Positions 49,196 to 57,183 of a stretch of DNA of 64,000 nt are shown piece after piece; the stretch's first letter is position 1, and the number at the start of each line of letters is the position of its first letter. The notes beneath the pieces are model-generated. The model ran no database searches. It had not been told where the DNA came from and worked only from the letters and a program-made list of their open reading frames with translations. The DNA lies in contig OY760935.1 of the NCBI GenBank assembly GCA_963664295.1, forward strand, positions 192,001 through 256,000. Reading direction: 5' to 3'. Made by a program: the position numbers and the translations under genes. Source of the stretch: Candidatus Altimarinota bacterium (GTDB lineage Bacteria > Patescibacteriota > Gracilibacteria > CAIRYL01 > GCA-016699755).

Positions 49196-49983
49196 AAAAA
49201 ATCACTGAACAACTGGAAAAAATTAGTAAAGAAAAAAGAACAGGCTTAATGACTCATGTTGTGGCTGGGTGCCCTGAGATGACCATGACAGAGGAAATAA
49301 TAAAAATAATGGCAGAAAATGGAGCTGATTTTGTGGAAATCCAAATTCCTTTTTCCGATCCTGTTGCTGACGGACCTGTGATGATGGAAGCAAATGAAAT
49401 TGCGCTTGCAAATGGCACGAAAGTTGCTGACGCATTTAAGTTAGCTGAAAAAATGAGTAAAAAAGTGGATATTCCGCTTTTGTTTATGGGTTATTTTAAT
49501 AATGTTTACAAAATGGGGGTGAAAAAATTTTGCAAAACAGCAAAAAAAGCTGGCATAAGCGGAGTTATTTTTCCGGATATACCTTTTGATGAAGCTAAAA
49601 AAGAAGGTTTTTTAGAAGAAATTAGAAAAAATGGTTTAGATTTTATACAGGTTGTTTCTGAGACCACTTCTGTTGAGCGATTAAAAGAAATTTCTAAAAC
49701 AGCTAGCGGGCTTGTTTATTGCACTGCTCGTTTGGGAATTACCGGATTGCACGCAAAAGCTTCTGATAATTTGGCAGGTTATTTAAAAAGAGTTAAAAAA
49801 TATGTGAAACTGCCTTTGGCTGTTGGTTTTGGAATTTCTAGCAAGCAAGACATACAAAATATTGCTAAAAATGCAGATATTGCTGTGATTGGGTCAGCAA
49901 TTATGAGAATTAGCCTTGATAAAAAGTTGAGTAATAAGCAGAAATTGAAAAAAATTGAAGAATTTTTAAGAAAACTTAAATAA
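49192..49983 (+). CDS. trpA: Tryptophan synthase alpha chain
   Basis: EIQIPFSDPVADGPV, LFMGYFN, GITG, VGFGIS. Confidence 0.96.
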   Translation: MKKITEQLEKISKEKRTGLMTHVVAGCPEMTMTEEIIKIMAENGADFVEIQIPFSDPVADGPVMMEANEIALANGTKVADAFKLAEKMSKKVDIPLLFMGYFNNVYKMGVKKFCKTAKKAGISGVIFPDIPFDEAKKEGFLEEIRKNGLDFIQVVSETTSVERLKEISKTASGLVYCTARLGITGLHAKASDNLAGYLKRVKKYVKLPLAVGFGISSKQDIQNIAKNADIAVIGSAIMRISLDKKLSNKQKLKKIEEFLRKLK

Positions 49984-50025
49984 AATTATTTTAATTACGT
50001 TAAAACAATTTCTAAATGAACCTTG

Positions 50026-50057
50026 AAACCCGTTTTTGTTTGTGCAAAAATGGGTTT
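50026..50057 (+). terminator. Hairpin after trpA (probable terminator; overlaps a possible promoter of the next gene)
   Basis: AAACCCGTTTTTG-tttgtg-CAAAAATGGGTTT followed by a T-rich run. Confidence 0.45.
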
Positions 50058-50077
50058 ACTTATTTTTTAATTGAACC

Positions 50078-51616
50078 ATGAGAAAAATGTATGTTGATAA
50101 CCAATGGGGTTATGATGTTAAACAAACTAATCCTTTTTGGATTGCTCTTTATAATTTGCGTGAGGTTGCCAAGGAAAGCGTAGGCGAAGAGAATGTTCTT
50201 GATCTTTCTCGTGGTGATCCTGGTTATGGCTTTGCTCCTAGTACAGAAGGAAGAGCTTTTTATTCTTACCTTTTATTTATTGACACTGTATTAAATAACT
50301 CAGGTACTCATTTTGTTTATACAGACACTCCATATGAGGAGGTAATGGCAACTATTAAAACAGAAACTGAGAAAAATTATTCAGCAGAACAAGCAAAGGC
50401 TAACTTAGACATGCTTAATCATTATATTAAAGAACTTGTGCGCATTGCAGGTGAACAGGGAATAAATTATTCTGAGCGCGATGTTTTGTTTCATACTTTT
50501 AAATATGCCTCTGTTTCTGGTGGTTGTTATCATGATTATCAAGGTGAGGAATTGTGTCGTGCTGTTGTGGCTGATTTTTACACTCAAGAACTTGGTGAAA
50601 AAATTATTGCTGATGATTTAGTTTTTGTTCGTGGTGTTTCTGATGGTATTGGTACTTTTTTTAAGCTTATGGGTGCGGAAGGAATTGGTTTTTTGAAAGA
50701 GGGCGATACAGTTCTTTCTTCTTCTCCTGCTTATTCTCCATATAATAATATTTTTCTTAGTCGTGGGCTTAATGTTGTTTCTGTGAGTATTGACAACAAG
50801 ACTGGTGATTTAGACGAAAAATCAATAAAAACTATTGAGGAATATGAAGGTAGAATTAAGTGTATTGTTTTAATTGATCCAAATAATCCAACTGGACATC
50901 TTGCTCCTGATGGATTTAAAAAACGCATTGTTGAAACAGCAGAAAAACATAATTCAATTATTCTTACTGATGAGGTTTATTCTTCATTTTTTGCTGATAT
51001 GAAATCTGTTTTTAATTCTGCTAAAAAACGTACTTTAAGAATTAATGCTCGCAGTAAAATTGAACGCAGTACAGGTCTTCGTTTTGGTGATTATTTGCTT
51101 CCTGAGGCAAGTAATAAATTTATGACAGAAGAAATTTTGGCCGATTATTTGCCAAAAGGATCTAATTTGAAACTTGCTTTAATGCAAGCAAAAGCTCCTG
51201 GTGGTATTAAAGGTGAATTTATGCACACTACTTTTGTGACTGGACCATCCCAATTTTTAGGCATTTCCCATATTATTTTTGGTCAAAAAAGTAGAGATAT
51301 GTACACTAGAATGGTGCGCGAAGCAACAAGTGTTTTTGCTGACCATCTTGGTGTTGAGTATGAAGGAAATACTTATTATTCGGTTTTTGATATGAACGAA
51401 ATTGCTTCTGAAGAAAAAAGAGCTCTTCCTGCTGAGGAAAAATTTTATCAACTTGCAAAAAGAGGAGTTGTTCTTATTCCTGCTTATATGTTTTATTCTG
51501 AAGTGGATAAAAATAATCATTCTTTAGAAAATCGCGCTCGTGCTTGTTTGCCAAATTTACCTTTAGAAAAAGTGAAAGAAGCAGCAGATATTACTAAAGA
51601 GTACTTAGCAAGCTAG
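50078..51616 (+). CDS. PLP-dependent fold-type I enzyme, aspartate 4-decarboxylase (AsdA/AspD)-like
   Basis: 512 aa; LDLSRGDPG (cf. GRGNP), DPNNPTG, TDEVY, SK..R.TGLRFG PLP-lysine motif; size and N-terminal extension fit AsdA better than AspC. Confidence 0.7.
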   Translation: MRKMYVDNQWGYDVKQTNPFWIALYNLREVAKESVGEENVLDLSRGDPGYGFAPSTEGRAFYSYLLFIDTVLNNSGTHFVYTDTPYEEVMATIKTETEKNYSAEQAKANLDMLNHYIKELVRIAGEQGINYSERDVLFHTFKYASVSGGCYHDYQGEELCRAVVADFYTQELGEKIIADDLVFVRGVSDGIGTFFKLMGAEGIGFLKEGDTVLSSSPAYSPYNNIFLSRGLNVVSVSIDNKTGDLDEKSIKTIEEYEGRIKCIVLIDPNNPTGHLAPDGFKKRIVETAEKHNSIILTDEVYSSFFADMKSVFNSAKKRTLRINARSKIERSTGLRFGDYLLPEASNKFMTEEILADYLPKGSNLKLALMQAKAPGGIKGEFMHTTFVTGPSQFLGISHIIFGQKSRDMYTRMVREATSVFADHLGVEYEGNTYYSVFDMNEIASEEKRALPAEEKFYQLAKRGVVLIPAYMFYSEVDKNNHSLENRARACLPNLPLEKVKEAADITKEYLAS

Positions 51617-51635
51617 GTTTTTATTTAAAAAATTA

Positions 51636-51938
51636 ATGTATTCCCCTAAAAAACTTATTGATGATTTAAGAGGGGCGCCACTAAGCGCAAAAGAAGAAAC
51701 AAAGGATCATTTTTCTATTGAGATACCGTGTCGTAATTGTCCTGATTTAAATTCTGCTAATTGTAATTGTGCAGTAGGGCAAGGAATGCAAAACGAAAGT
51801 TTAAATCGCATATCACTTGATTTCCTTGATGCAATAGTAGCTAGTTGTCCAGAGGTCTTAACAACTGTTCCAAATTTGCAAAATGATAGCATAGAAGGGA
51901 TAATGAAAGCATTAATAAAATGCGACAAACAAAAATAA
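51636..51938 (+). CDS. Hypothetical Cys-rich small protein
   Basis: 100-aa ORF, CRNC..CNC; overlaps the pyk start by 19 nt. Confidence 0.5.
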   Translation: MYSPKKLIDDLRGAPLSAKEETKDHFSIEIPCRNCPDLNSANCNCAVGQGMQNESLNRISLDFLDAIVASCPEVLTTVPNLQNDSIEGIMKALIKCDKQK

Positions 51939-52909
51939 TTGCCACAGTAGGCCCAAACACAGTAGATCAAAAAAGCTTAAAAAAGCTTTTGGAAGCAGGT
52001 GTTAATATTTTTCGCATCAATCTTTCACATGGAAGCAGAGAGTGGCATCAACAAGCTATAGATAATATTTGTGCTGTTTCTGGTGTGGTGGATATTTTAT
52101 TAGATACCCGTGGGCCGGAAATTCGCACTGGTGATTTTGATGGTGAAGTTGAAATAAAAGAAGGAGAAGTTTTTTATTTAGTGACAAAAAAAGAAGACCA
52201 AAACCCAGAAAAGAAAAAGTTTTTTACAGCTTATTCAAAGATTACAGAAACTTTGCAAGTTGGTGAAAAAGTAGCTATTGATGGAGGTATGCTTTTTGCT
52301 GAGGTTGTAAAAGTTGGTGCTGATTTTGTACAATGTAAAGCGGAAAATAGTTGGACAATAAGCTCAAGAAGGCATATTAATTTGCCTGGCGAAAGAGTTG
52401 ATTTGCCAACTTTGACAGAGCAGGATATTAGCGATTTAAAAGTTTTTGCAAATAATGAGCGAATAAAATATATTGCCATGTCTTTTGTGCGTTCTGCTAA
52501 TGATATTAAAAAGTGTCGAAAAATTTGTCCAAAACAAAAAATAATTGCCAAGATAGAAAATCAAGAGGGTGTGAATAATTTTCCTCTTATTTTGAAAGAA
52601 GCAGATGGTGTTATGGTGGCAAGAGGAGATTTGGGAGTTGAGGTGCCTTTGGAGGCTTTGCCTGTTATTCAGCGCAGAATGGTGCGCGCTATTCGCGATA
52701 ATGATAAATTTGTAATTGTGGCAACGGAAATGCTGGAATCAATGGTACAAAAACCACGCCCGACCAGGGCAGAGGTCTCAGATATTGCTACTGCTGTTTG
52801 GGAAGGCGCAAGTGCAGTTATGCTTTCGCAAGAAACTGCAATGGGTGCTTATCCTGTGCGTGCTGTGGAGATTATGCGTAAGACAATTGAATTTACAGAA
52901 AACGATTAA
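51920..52909 (+). CDS. pyk: Pyruvate kinase lacking the C-terminal domain
   Basis: TKIIATVGP, RINLSHG, DTRGPEIR, AKIEN, MVARGDLGVE, ATEMLESM..PRPTRAEVSD, MLSQETA. Confidence 0.93.
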   Translation: MRQTKIIATVGPNTVDQKSLKKLLEAGVNIFRINLSHGSREWHQQAIDNICAVSGVVDILLDTRGPEIRTGDFDGEVEIKEGEVFYLVTKKEDQNPEKKKFFTAYSKITETLQVGEKVAIDGGMLFAEVVKVGADFVQCKAENSWTISSRRHINLPGERVDLPTLTEQDISDLKVFANNERIKYIAMSFVRSANDIKKCRKICPKQKIIAKIENQEGVNNFPLILKEADGVMVARGDLGVEVPLEALPVIQRRMVRAIRDNDKFVIVATEMLESMVQKPRPTRAEVSDIATAVWEGASAVMLSQETAMGAYPVRAVEIMRKTIEFTEND

Positions 52910-52921
52910 GACAAAAAACTA

Positions 52922-52949
52922 TTGACATATATTAAAAGGTGATTATAAT
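52922..52949 (+). promoter_or_regulatory. Consensus sigma70 promoter
   Basis: TTGACA-N16-TATAAT, 30 nt upstream of the 52980 ATG. Confidence 0.7.
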
Positions 52950-52979
52950 AAAAACCTTTTAATTTTTTTTGTTAAAAAG

Positions 52980-53747
52980 ATGAGTCCAATAGATATGCCA
53001 CCACCAAATGACCCTGCTGATTTTTTCCCGCCAGTAGTAATAGAGCGTCGTTTGAGTGATTATAGAAAATTAAATTTACCAGATAATTCTTCTATGGGTC
53101 AGGATGAAAGTGGTGTTTTTATTCAACTTAATGGTAAAAGAATGTATTTGGATAGCTCATATCAATATCCGGTTGAAGATTATTTAACTTTCATGATTGC
53201 TACTAATATAGACGGAAAACCGGCTCGTTTTGATGCAGCAAAGTTATTTGAATTGCAAATTAATTTTGAGGGCACTGCCTTAGAAAATTCTCTTATAGTT
53301 GCATTGGAGCTAATATCTAAAGACTTAAAAGCTCAACTAAAGGCTGAAATGGGTATTGACTTTGATTTTGATGTTAGCACTCAAGAAGGTCTTGCAAAAA
53401 GCTGTATTCAATGTCATGGATCAAGAACAGAATTTATTGATGAACAAAAAATACACTATATCAAAAAGAAGTTTGAGCAATATCTTGAGGGATATATTAT
53501 TAAAGTTGAAATACAAAATATTAGACTAGAAATGATGGATACTGCTATAAAAATGTTTCAAGATCAGACCTCAAAAAATCCAAAAAACAAAGAAGTTCCT
53601 CAGGAAGACCAAAAAGACAAGCTTGAGAAACATCTTGATCCTAGTAAGCAAATACAAGCTATAAACAACAAGCCTTATAGTGGAAATAAATGTGCACCAC
53701 ATGTTTTAGCGCAAAGAAATAGAGGTAATAATAGAAGAAGGGGATAA
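52980..53747 (+). CDS. Hypothetical protein with a single CxxCH motif
   Basis: 255-aa ORF behind a consensus promoter; SCIQCHG. Confidence 0.65.
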   Translation: MSPIDMPPPNDPADFFPPVVIERRLSDYRKLNLPDNSSMGQDESGVFIQLNGKRMYLDSSYQYPVEDYLTFMIATNIDGKPARFDAAKLFELQINFEGTALENSLIVALELISKDLKAQLKAEMGIDFDFDVSTQEGLAKSCIQCHGSRTEFIDEQKIHYIKKKFEQYLEGYIIKVEIQNIRLEMMDTAIKMFQDQTSKNPKNKEVPQEDQKDKLEKHLDPSKQIQAINNKPYSGNKCAPHVLAQRNRGNNRRRG

Positions 53748-53783
53748 AAAAGGTATAAATTTATTTAATTTTTTAAAATAATT

Positions 53784-54053
53784 ATGAAATCAAAAAAATT
53801 TGATGAAATTTTAGGACAAGGAGAAGTAGTTAATGAACTAGCTGATTTTATTGATCCAACTGTAGCAGTGGTTCATGGTTTGCAAAATTCAGCATTGGAA
53901 TTTCAGGCAGGAGCAATGTCTGTTGTTGATAGCATTGAAAACGGTGATAATGGCTTTGAAAAGCCAGTATCTGAAATCAATCCTGCCAAAGGAAGCGCAA
54001 CGCAAGGAGTGCACTGCTCAGCTGTTTGTCGTCAAAAAGGTTCTCGATCTTAA
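53784..54053 (+). CDS. Hypothetical small protein
   Basis: 89 aa, AT-rich leader, C-terminal HCSAVCR. Confidence 0.55.
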   Translation: MKSKKFDEILGQGEVVNELADFIDPTVAVVHGLQNSALEFQAGAMSVVDSIENGDNGFEKPVSEINPAKGSATQGVHCSAVCRQKGSRS

Positions 54054-54068
54054 AAATTGCAAATTTCC

Positions 54069-54204
54069 TTGCATAAATTTTAAAACGCTGTAAAATTATC
54101 TTTGATTTTTACCGCGTTTTTTGATTGTGCGATCCTCTCTGCCTTGGCAGGGTCAAGCACAAAAAGAGAAAAGCGTCGCGAAACAAGGATTTTACCCAAT
54201 TAAA
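54069..54204 (+). promoter_or_regulatory. rpsB promoter and structured 5' leader (putative S2 autoregulatory RNA)
   Basis: TTGCAT-N16-TAAAAT, then a GC-richer leader with nested pairings CGCG/CGCG, TGTGC/GCACA, CTGCC/GGCAG. Confidence 0.55.
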
Positions 54205-54897
54205 ATGAAAGAAATTTCTCCACGCGAAATGCTCGCGAATGCTGTCCATTTTGGACACAAAACATCCCTTTGGAACCCTAAAATGAAGTCTTATATTTAT
54301 GGGCAAAAAGGTGGTGTGCATGTTTTTGATCTACAAAAAACAGCAAAAAAATTACAAGAAGCATGCGAAGTGCTTGCTCGTAATGCAAAACAAGGTAAAA
54401 CAGTTTTGTTTGTTTCTACAAAACCACAAACAAAAAGTTTACTTAAAGAATTTCACAAAGAAACAGGCTGTCCAGTTGTTATTAACAAGTGGATCGGCGG
54501 TATGCTTACTAATCTAAAAACAATGAACCAAAGAATGCGCAGATTAAGAGATTTGCGTGAAATGGCTGATACTGGTGAAATTGAAAAATTTACCAAAAAA
54601 GAACAAGCTCAATTAAAAAAAGAACTTGAAAAATTAGATGAAGCTTTTAGTGGTATTGAAAAAATGCACAGAAAGCCAGATGTTTTATTTGTTGTTGATG
54701 GAAAAAGAGACACAAATGCATTAAAAGAAGCTAAAAAATTAGGAATTACCATTGTTGGTATTTGTGATTCCAATGTTGATCCTGATTTTTATGACTACTT
54801 AATACCTGCTAATGATGATGCAATTTCATCATTAACCCATGTTCTTTCTTTTGTTTTTGACGCTGTGCGCCAAGGCAAGAAAATTTCATCTAAATAA
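54205..54897 (+). CDS. rpsB: 30S ribosomal protein S2
   Basis: VHFGHKTSLWNPKM, WIGGMLTN, DSNVDP, PANDDA; start at ATG 54205. Confidence 0.97.
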   Translation: MKEISPREMLANAVHFGHKTSLWNPKMKSYIYGQKGGVHVFDLQKTAKKLQEACEVLARNAKQGKTVLFVSTKPQTKSLLKEFHKETGCPVVINKWIGGMLTNLKTMNQRMRRLRDLREMADTGEIEKFTKKEQAQLKKELEKLDEAFSGIEKMHRKPDVLFVVDGKRDTNALKEAKKLGITIVGICDSNVDPDFYDYLIPANDDAISSLTHVLSFVFDAVRQGKKISSK

Positions 54898-54899
54898 TT

Positions 54900-55583
54900 A
54901 TGAACGAAATAAATCCTGCACATGAACAATTTGAAAAAGAAAATGGCATGAGTCTTGATGAGGCTTGGAATTATGTTCAAAAATGGAAATTTGAAGGCAA
55001 AAAAGAAGAAGCGATAAGAGGGTGTAAAGAAATATTAAAGTTTTTTCCTGATCACGAAGGAGCAAAAACAACTTTGCATCAATTAGGTGGTATGGATTCC
55101 CGCATTGAACAATTTAGCGGTGAAATGATTGACAAGGTTGGTGAAAAAATCAAAGAAGTGACTCATCAAGCGCCAAAAGATCCAGAGCTTCTTGCTCAGG
55201 AAAAGGCTCGCAAAAAAGAAGAAGCAGAAACAGAAGAGCAAGAAATTGCAGAAGCTCAAGAAAAATTAACAACAAACGAAGAAAGATTATGGGGAGCTTT
55301 GTCTTATTGTTGGGTGTTGGTGTTTTTGCCAATAATTTTCAAAAGAAACACTAGTTTATTTATCAAATTTCATGCTCGCCAAGGATTGGTTATATTTTTA
55401 ATCTTTTTCTTTTTTGAGTGGCTTATTATTAGCTTATTGTCTTTGATTTTTGGTGGACCATTGGCAATGGCGCTCGATGCAGTGATTTTTATTTTGTTTG
55501 TTGGTTTAGCAATTATGGCTTATCAAGGAAATTGGTTCAAAATACCAGTTGTTTATAAGCTTTCTAAAAAAATTCCTTTATAA
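54900..55583 (+). CDS. Membrane protein with TPR-like N-terminus and DUF4870-like C-terminus
   Basis: ERLWGALSY, FIKFHARQGL, AYQGNWFKIPV. Confidence 0.7.
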   Translation: MNEINPAHEQFEKENGMSLDEAWNYVQKWKFEGKKEEAIRGCKEILKFFPDHEGAKTTLHQLGGMDSRIEQFSGEMIDKVGEKIKEVTHQAPKDPELLAQEKARKKEEAETEEQEIAEAQEKLTTNEERLWGALSYCWVLVFLPIIFKRNTSLFIKFHARQGLVIFLIFFFFEWLIISLLSLIFGGPLAMALDAVIFILFVGLAIMAYQGNWFKIPVVYKLSKKIPL

Positions 55584-55600
55584 ATTTTATTTAAATTAAA

Positions 55601-56371
55601 ATGGCAGAAATTTCAGCAAAAGATGTTATGGCTCTACGCGAGCGCACAGGTGTTTCTATGATGGCTTGCAAAAAAGCTCTTGTTGAAGCAAATGGTGATA
55701 TGGATTTAGCAGTTGATGTGCTTAGAAAAAGTGGTATTGCAAAAGCAGAAAAAAAATCAGACCGCGCAACAGGCGAAGGCGCTGTTTATATTCTTAACAG
55801 AACTATTGCAAAATTAAATTGCGAAACTGATTTCGTGGCTAAAAATGAAGATTTCCAAGCTTTTTTAAAAGAAATTGCTGAAGCAGGTGACAAAGAAGGT
55901 TCAGAATCAGCAGAAAAAGTTTTTGAAAGCAAAAAGGGCGATATTGTAAATAAGCTTGGTGAAAATATTACTTTTGGTGGAATTGAAAAAGTTGAAGGAG
56001 GGGACACAGTCAGTGGTTTTGCTCATTTTAATAACAAAATTGCTGCTATTGTAGCGCTTGAAGGTGGTGATGAAGAACTTGCAAAAGATATTAGCATGCA
56101 TATTACTGCTGTTAATCCTCTTGTTTTGTCTCCAGATGATGTTGATAAGGATTTATTAGCAAAAGAAAAAGAAATTTGGACAGCAGAACTTCAGCAAAGT
56201 GGTAAGCCAGAAAATATTATTGAAAATATTTTGAAAGGTAAGGAGAATAAGTTCCGTGGCGAAAACGCACTTCTTTCTCAGCCTTTTGTAAAAAATCCTG
56301 ATTTAACTATTGCAAAATTAGCAGAAGAAAAAGGAGCAAAAGTAGTTGCTTTTATTAGGGTGTCTGTTTAA
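55601..56371 (+). CDS. tsf: Elongation factor Ts
   Basis: LRERTGVSMMACKKAL, LNCETDFVAKN, LLSQPFV. Confidence 0.97.
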   Translation: MAEISAKDVMALRERTGVSMMACKKALVEANGDMDLAVDVLRKSGIAKAEKKSDRATGEGAVYILNRTIAKLNCETDFVAKNEDFQAFLKEIAEAGDKEGSESAEKVFESKKGDIVNKLGENITFGGIEKVEGGDTVSGFAHFNNKIAAIVALEGGDEELAKDISMHITAVNPLVLSPDDVDKDLLAKEKEIWTAELQQSGKPENIIENILKGKENKFRGENALLSQPFVKNPDLTIAKLAEEKGAKVVAFIRVSV

Positions 56372-56516
56372 CAGAAAAACAACCTGCGCACTATTGTGTC
56401 GTTTTTATTTTTTCGCTCGCACGCCTATTATTAAAATAGGCTTGGCTCGTCTCAAAAACAAATCTCCTTATATTGCTTGCTTCTTTTTTTGTTAAAATTT
56501 AATTGCTGACTTGATT

Positions 56517-56553
56517 AAAAAAACTGCCTTGCTTTGTTCAGGGCAGTTTTTTT
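56517..56553 (+). terminator. Intrinsic terminator downstream of tsf
   Basis: AAAAAAACTGCCTTG-ctttgtt-CAGGGCAGTTTTTTT. Confidence 0.7.
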
Positions 56554-56626
56554 GTTGTGCCTTGATTTATATTGACATCATCTTAATCTTCTTTTTTCTT
56601 TCTCTTGAACGAGCCCCTTTTTACTT

Positions 56627-57178
56627 TGTCATCCTGAGCCCGCCCCCTACTTTGTCATCCTGAGCGACCCCGCACTTTTTTAAAGTGCGGGGGAAGCGAA
56701 GGATCTCCCGTTGTCATTACTACACAATCACCCAAGGTAGGGATTGTGCGCATGGACAAGGAGATTCTTCGCTCCATTTCATTCCGCTCAGAATGACAGC
56801 AATAGTGTGTCATCCTGAATCCACCTAGGCGGACGCAAGCGCTCGATTCAGGATCTCCCGTAGTCATTACTGTTGTAATAACCGAGATAGTATTTGAGCG
56901 TATGGCAAAGGAGATTGCGGGTCAAGCCCACAATGACACCCCAAAAAATCCGCAATGACACTTCTCGAGATTGCGGATCAAGTCCGCAATGACAGCTCAA
57001 AAAAGCCCACAATGACAAACATGATGTCATCCTGAATTAAATTCAGGATCTCCCGTTGTCATTACTACACAATCACCCATGGCAGGGATTGAGCGCATGG
57101 AGAAGGAGATTCTTCGTCGTCCGCTATTGCAGACTCTTCAGAATGACAAAGAGGGAGCGTGTTTCACTCGGAATGACA
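56627..57178. repeat. Palindromic REP/REPIN-like element cluster E (three full elements plus extra arms)
   Basis: Cores start at 56707, 56857 and 57052; arms carry nested hairpin insertions; between convergent tsf and the GH114-like gene. Confidence 0.9.
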
Positions 57179-57183
57179 AAAAA

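Noticed and set aside
54121-54204. N-terminal extension of RpsB from TTG 54121
   Set aside because: The region is a structured leader downstream of a promoter; S2 homology starts at ATG 54205.
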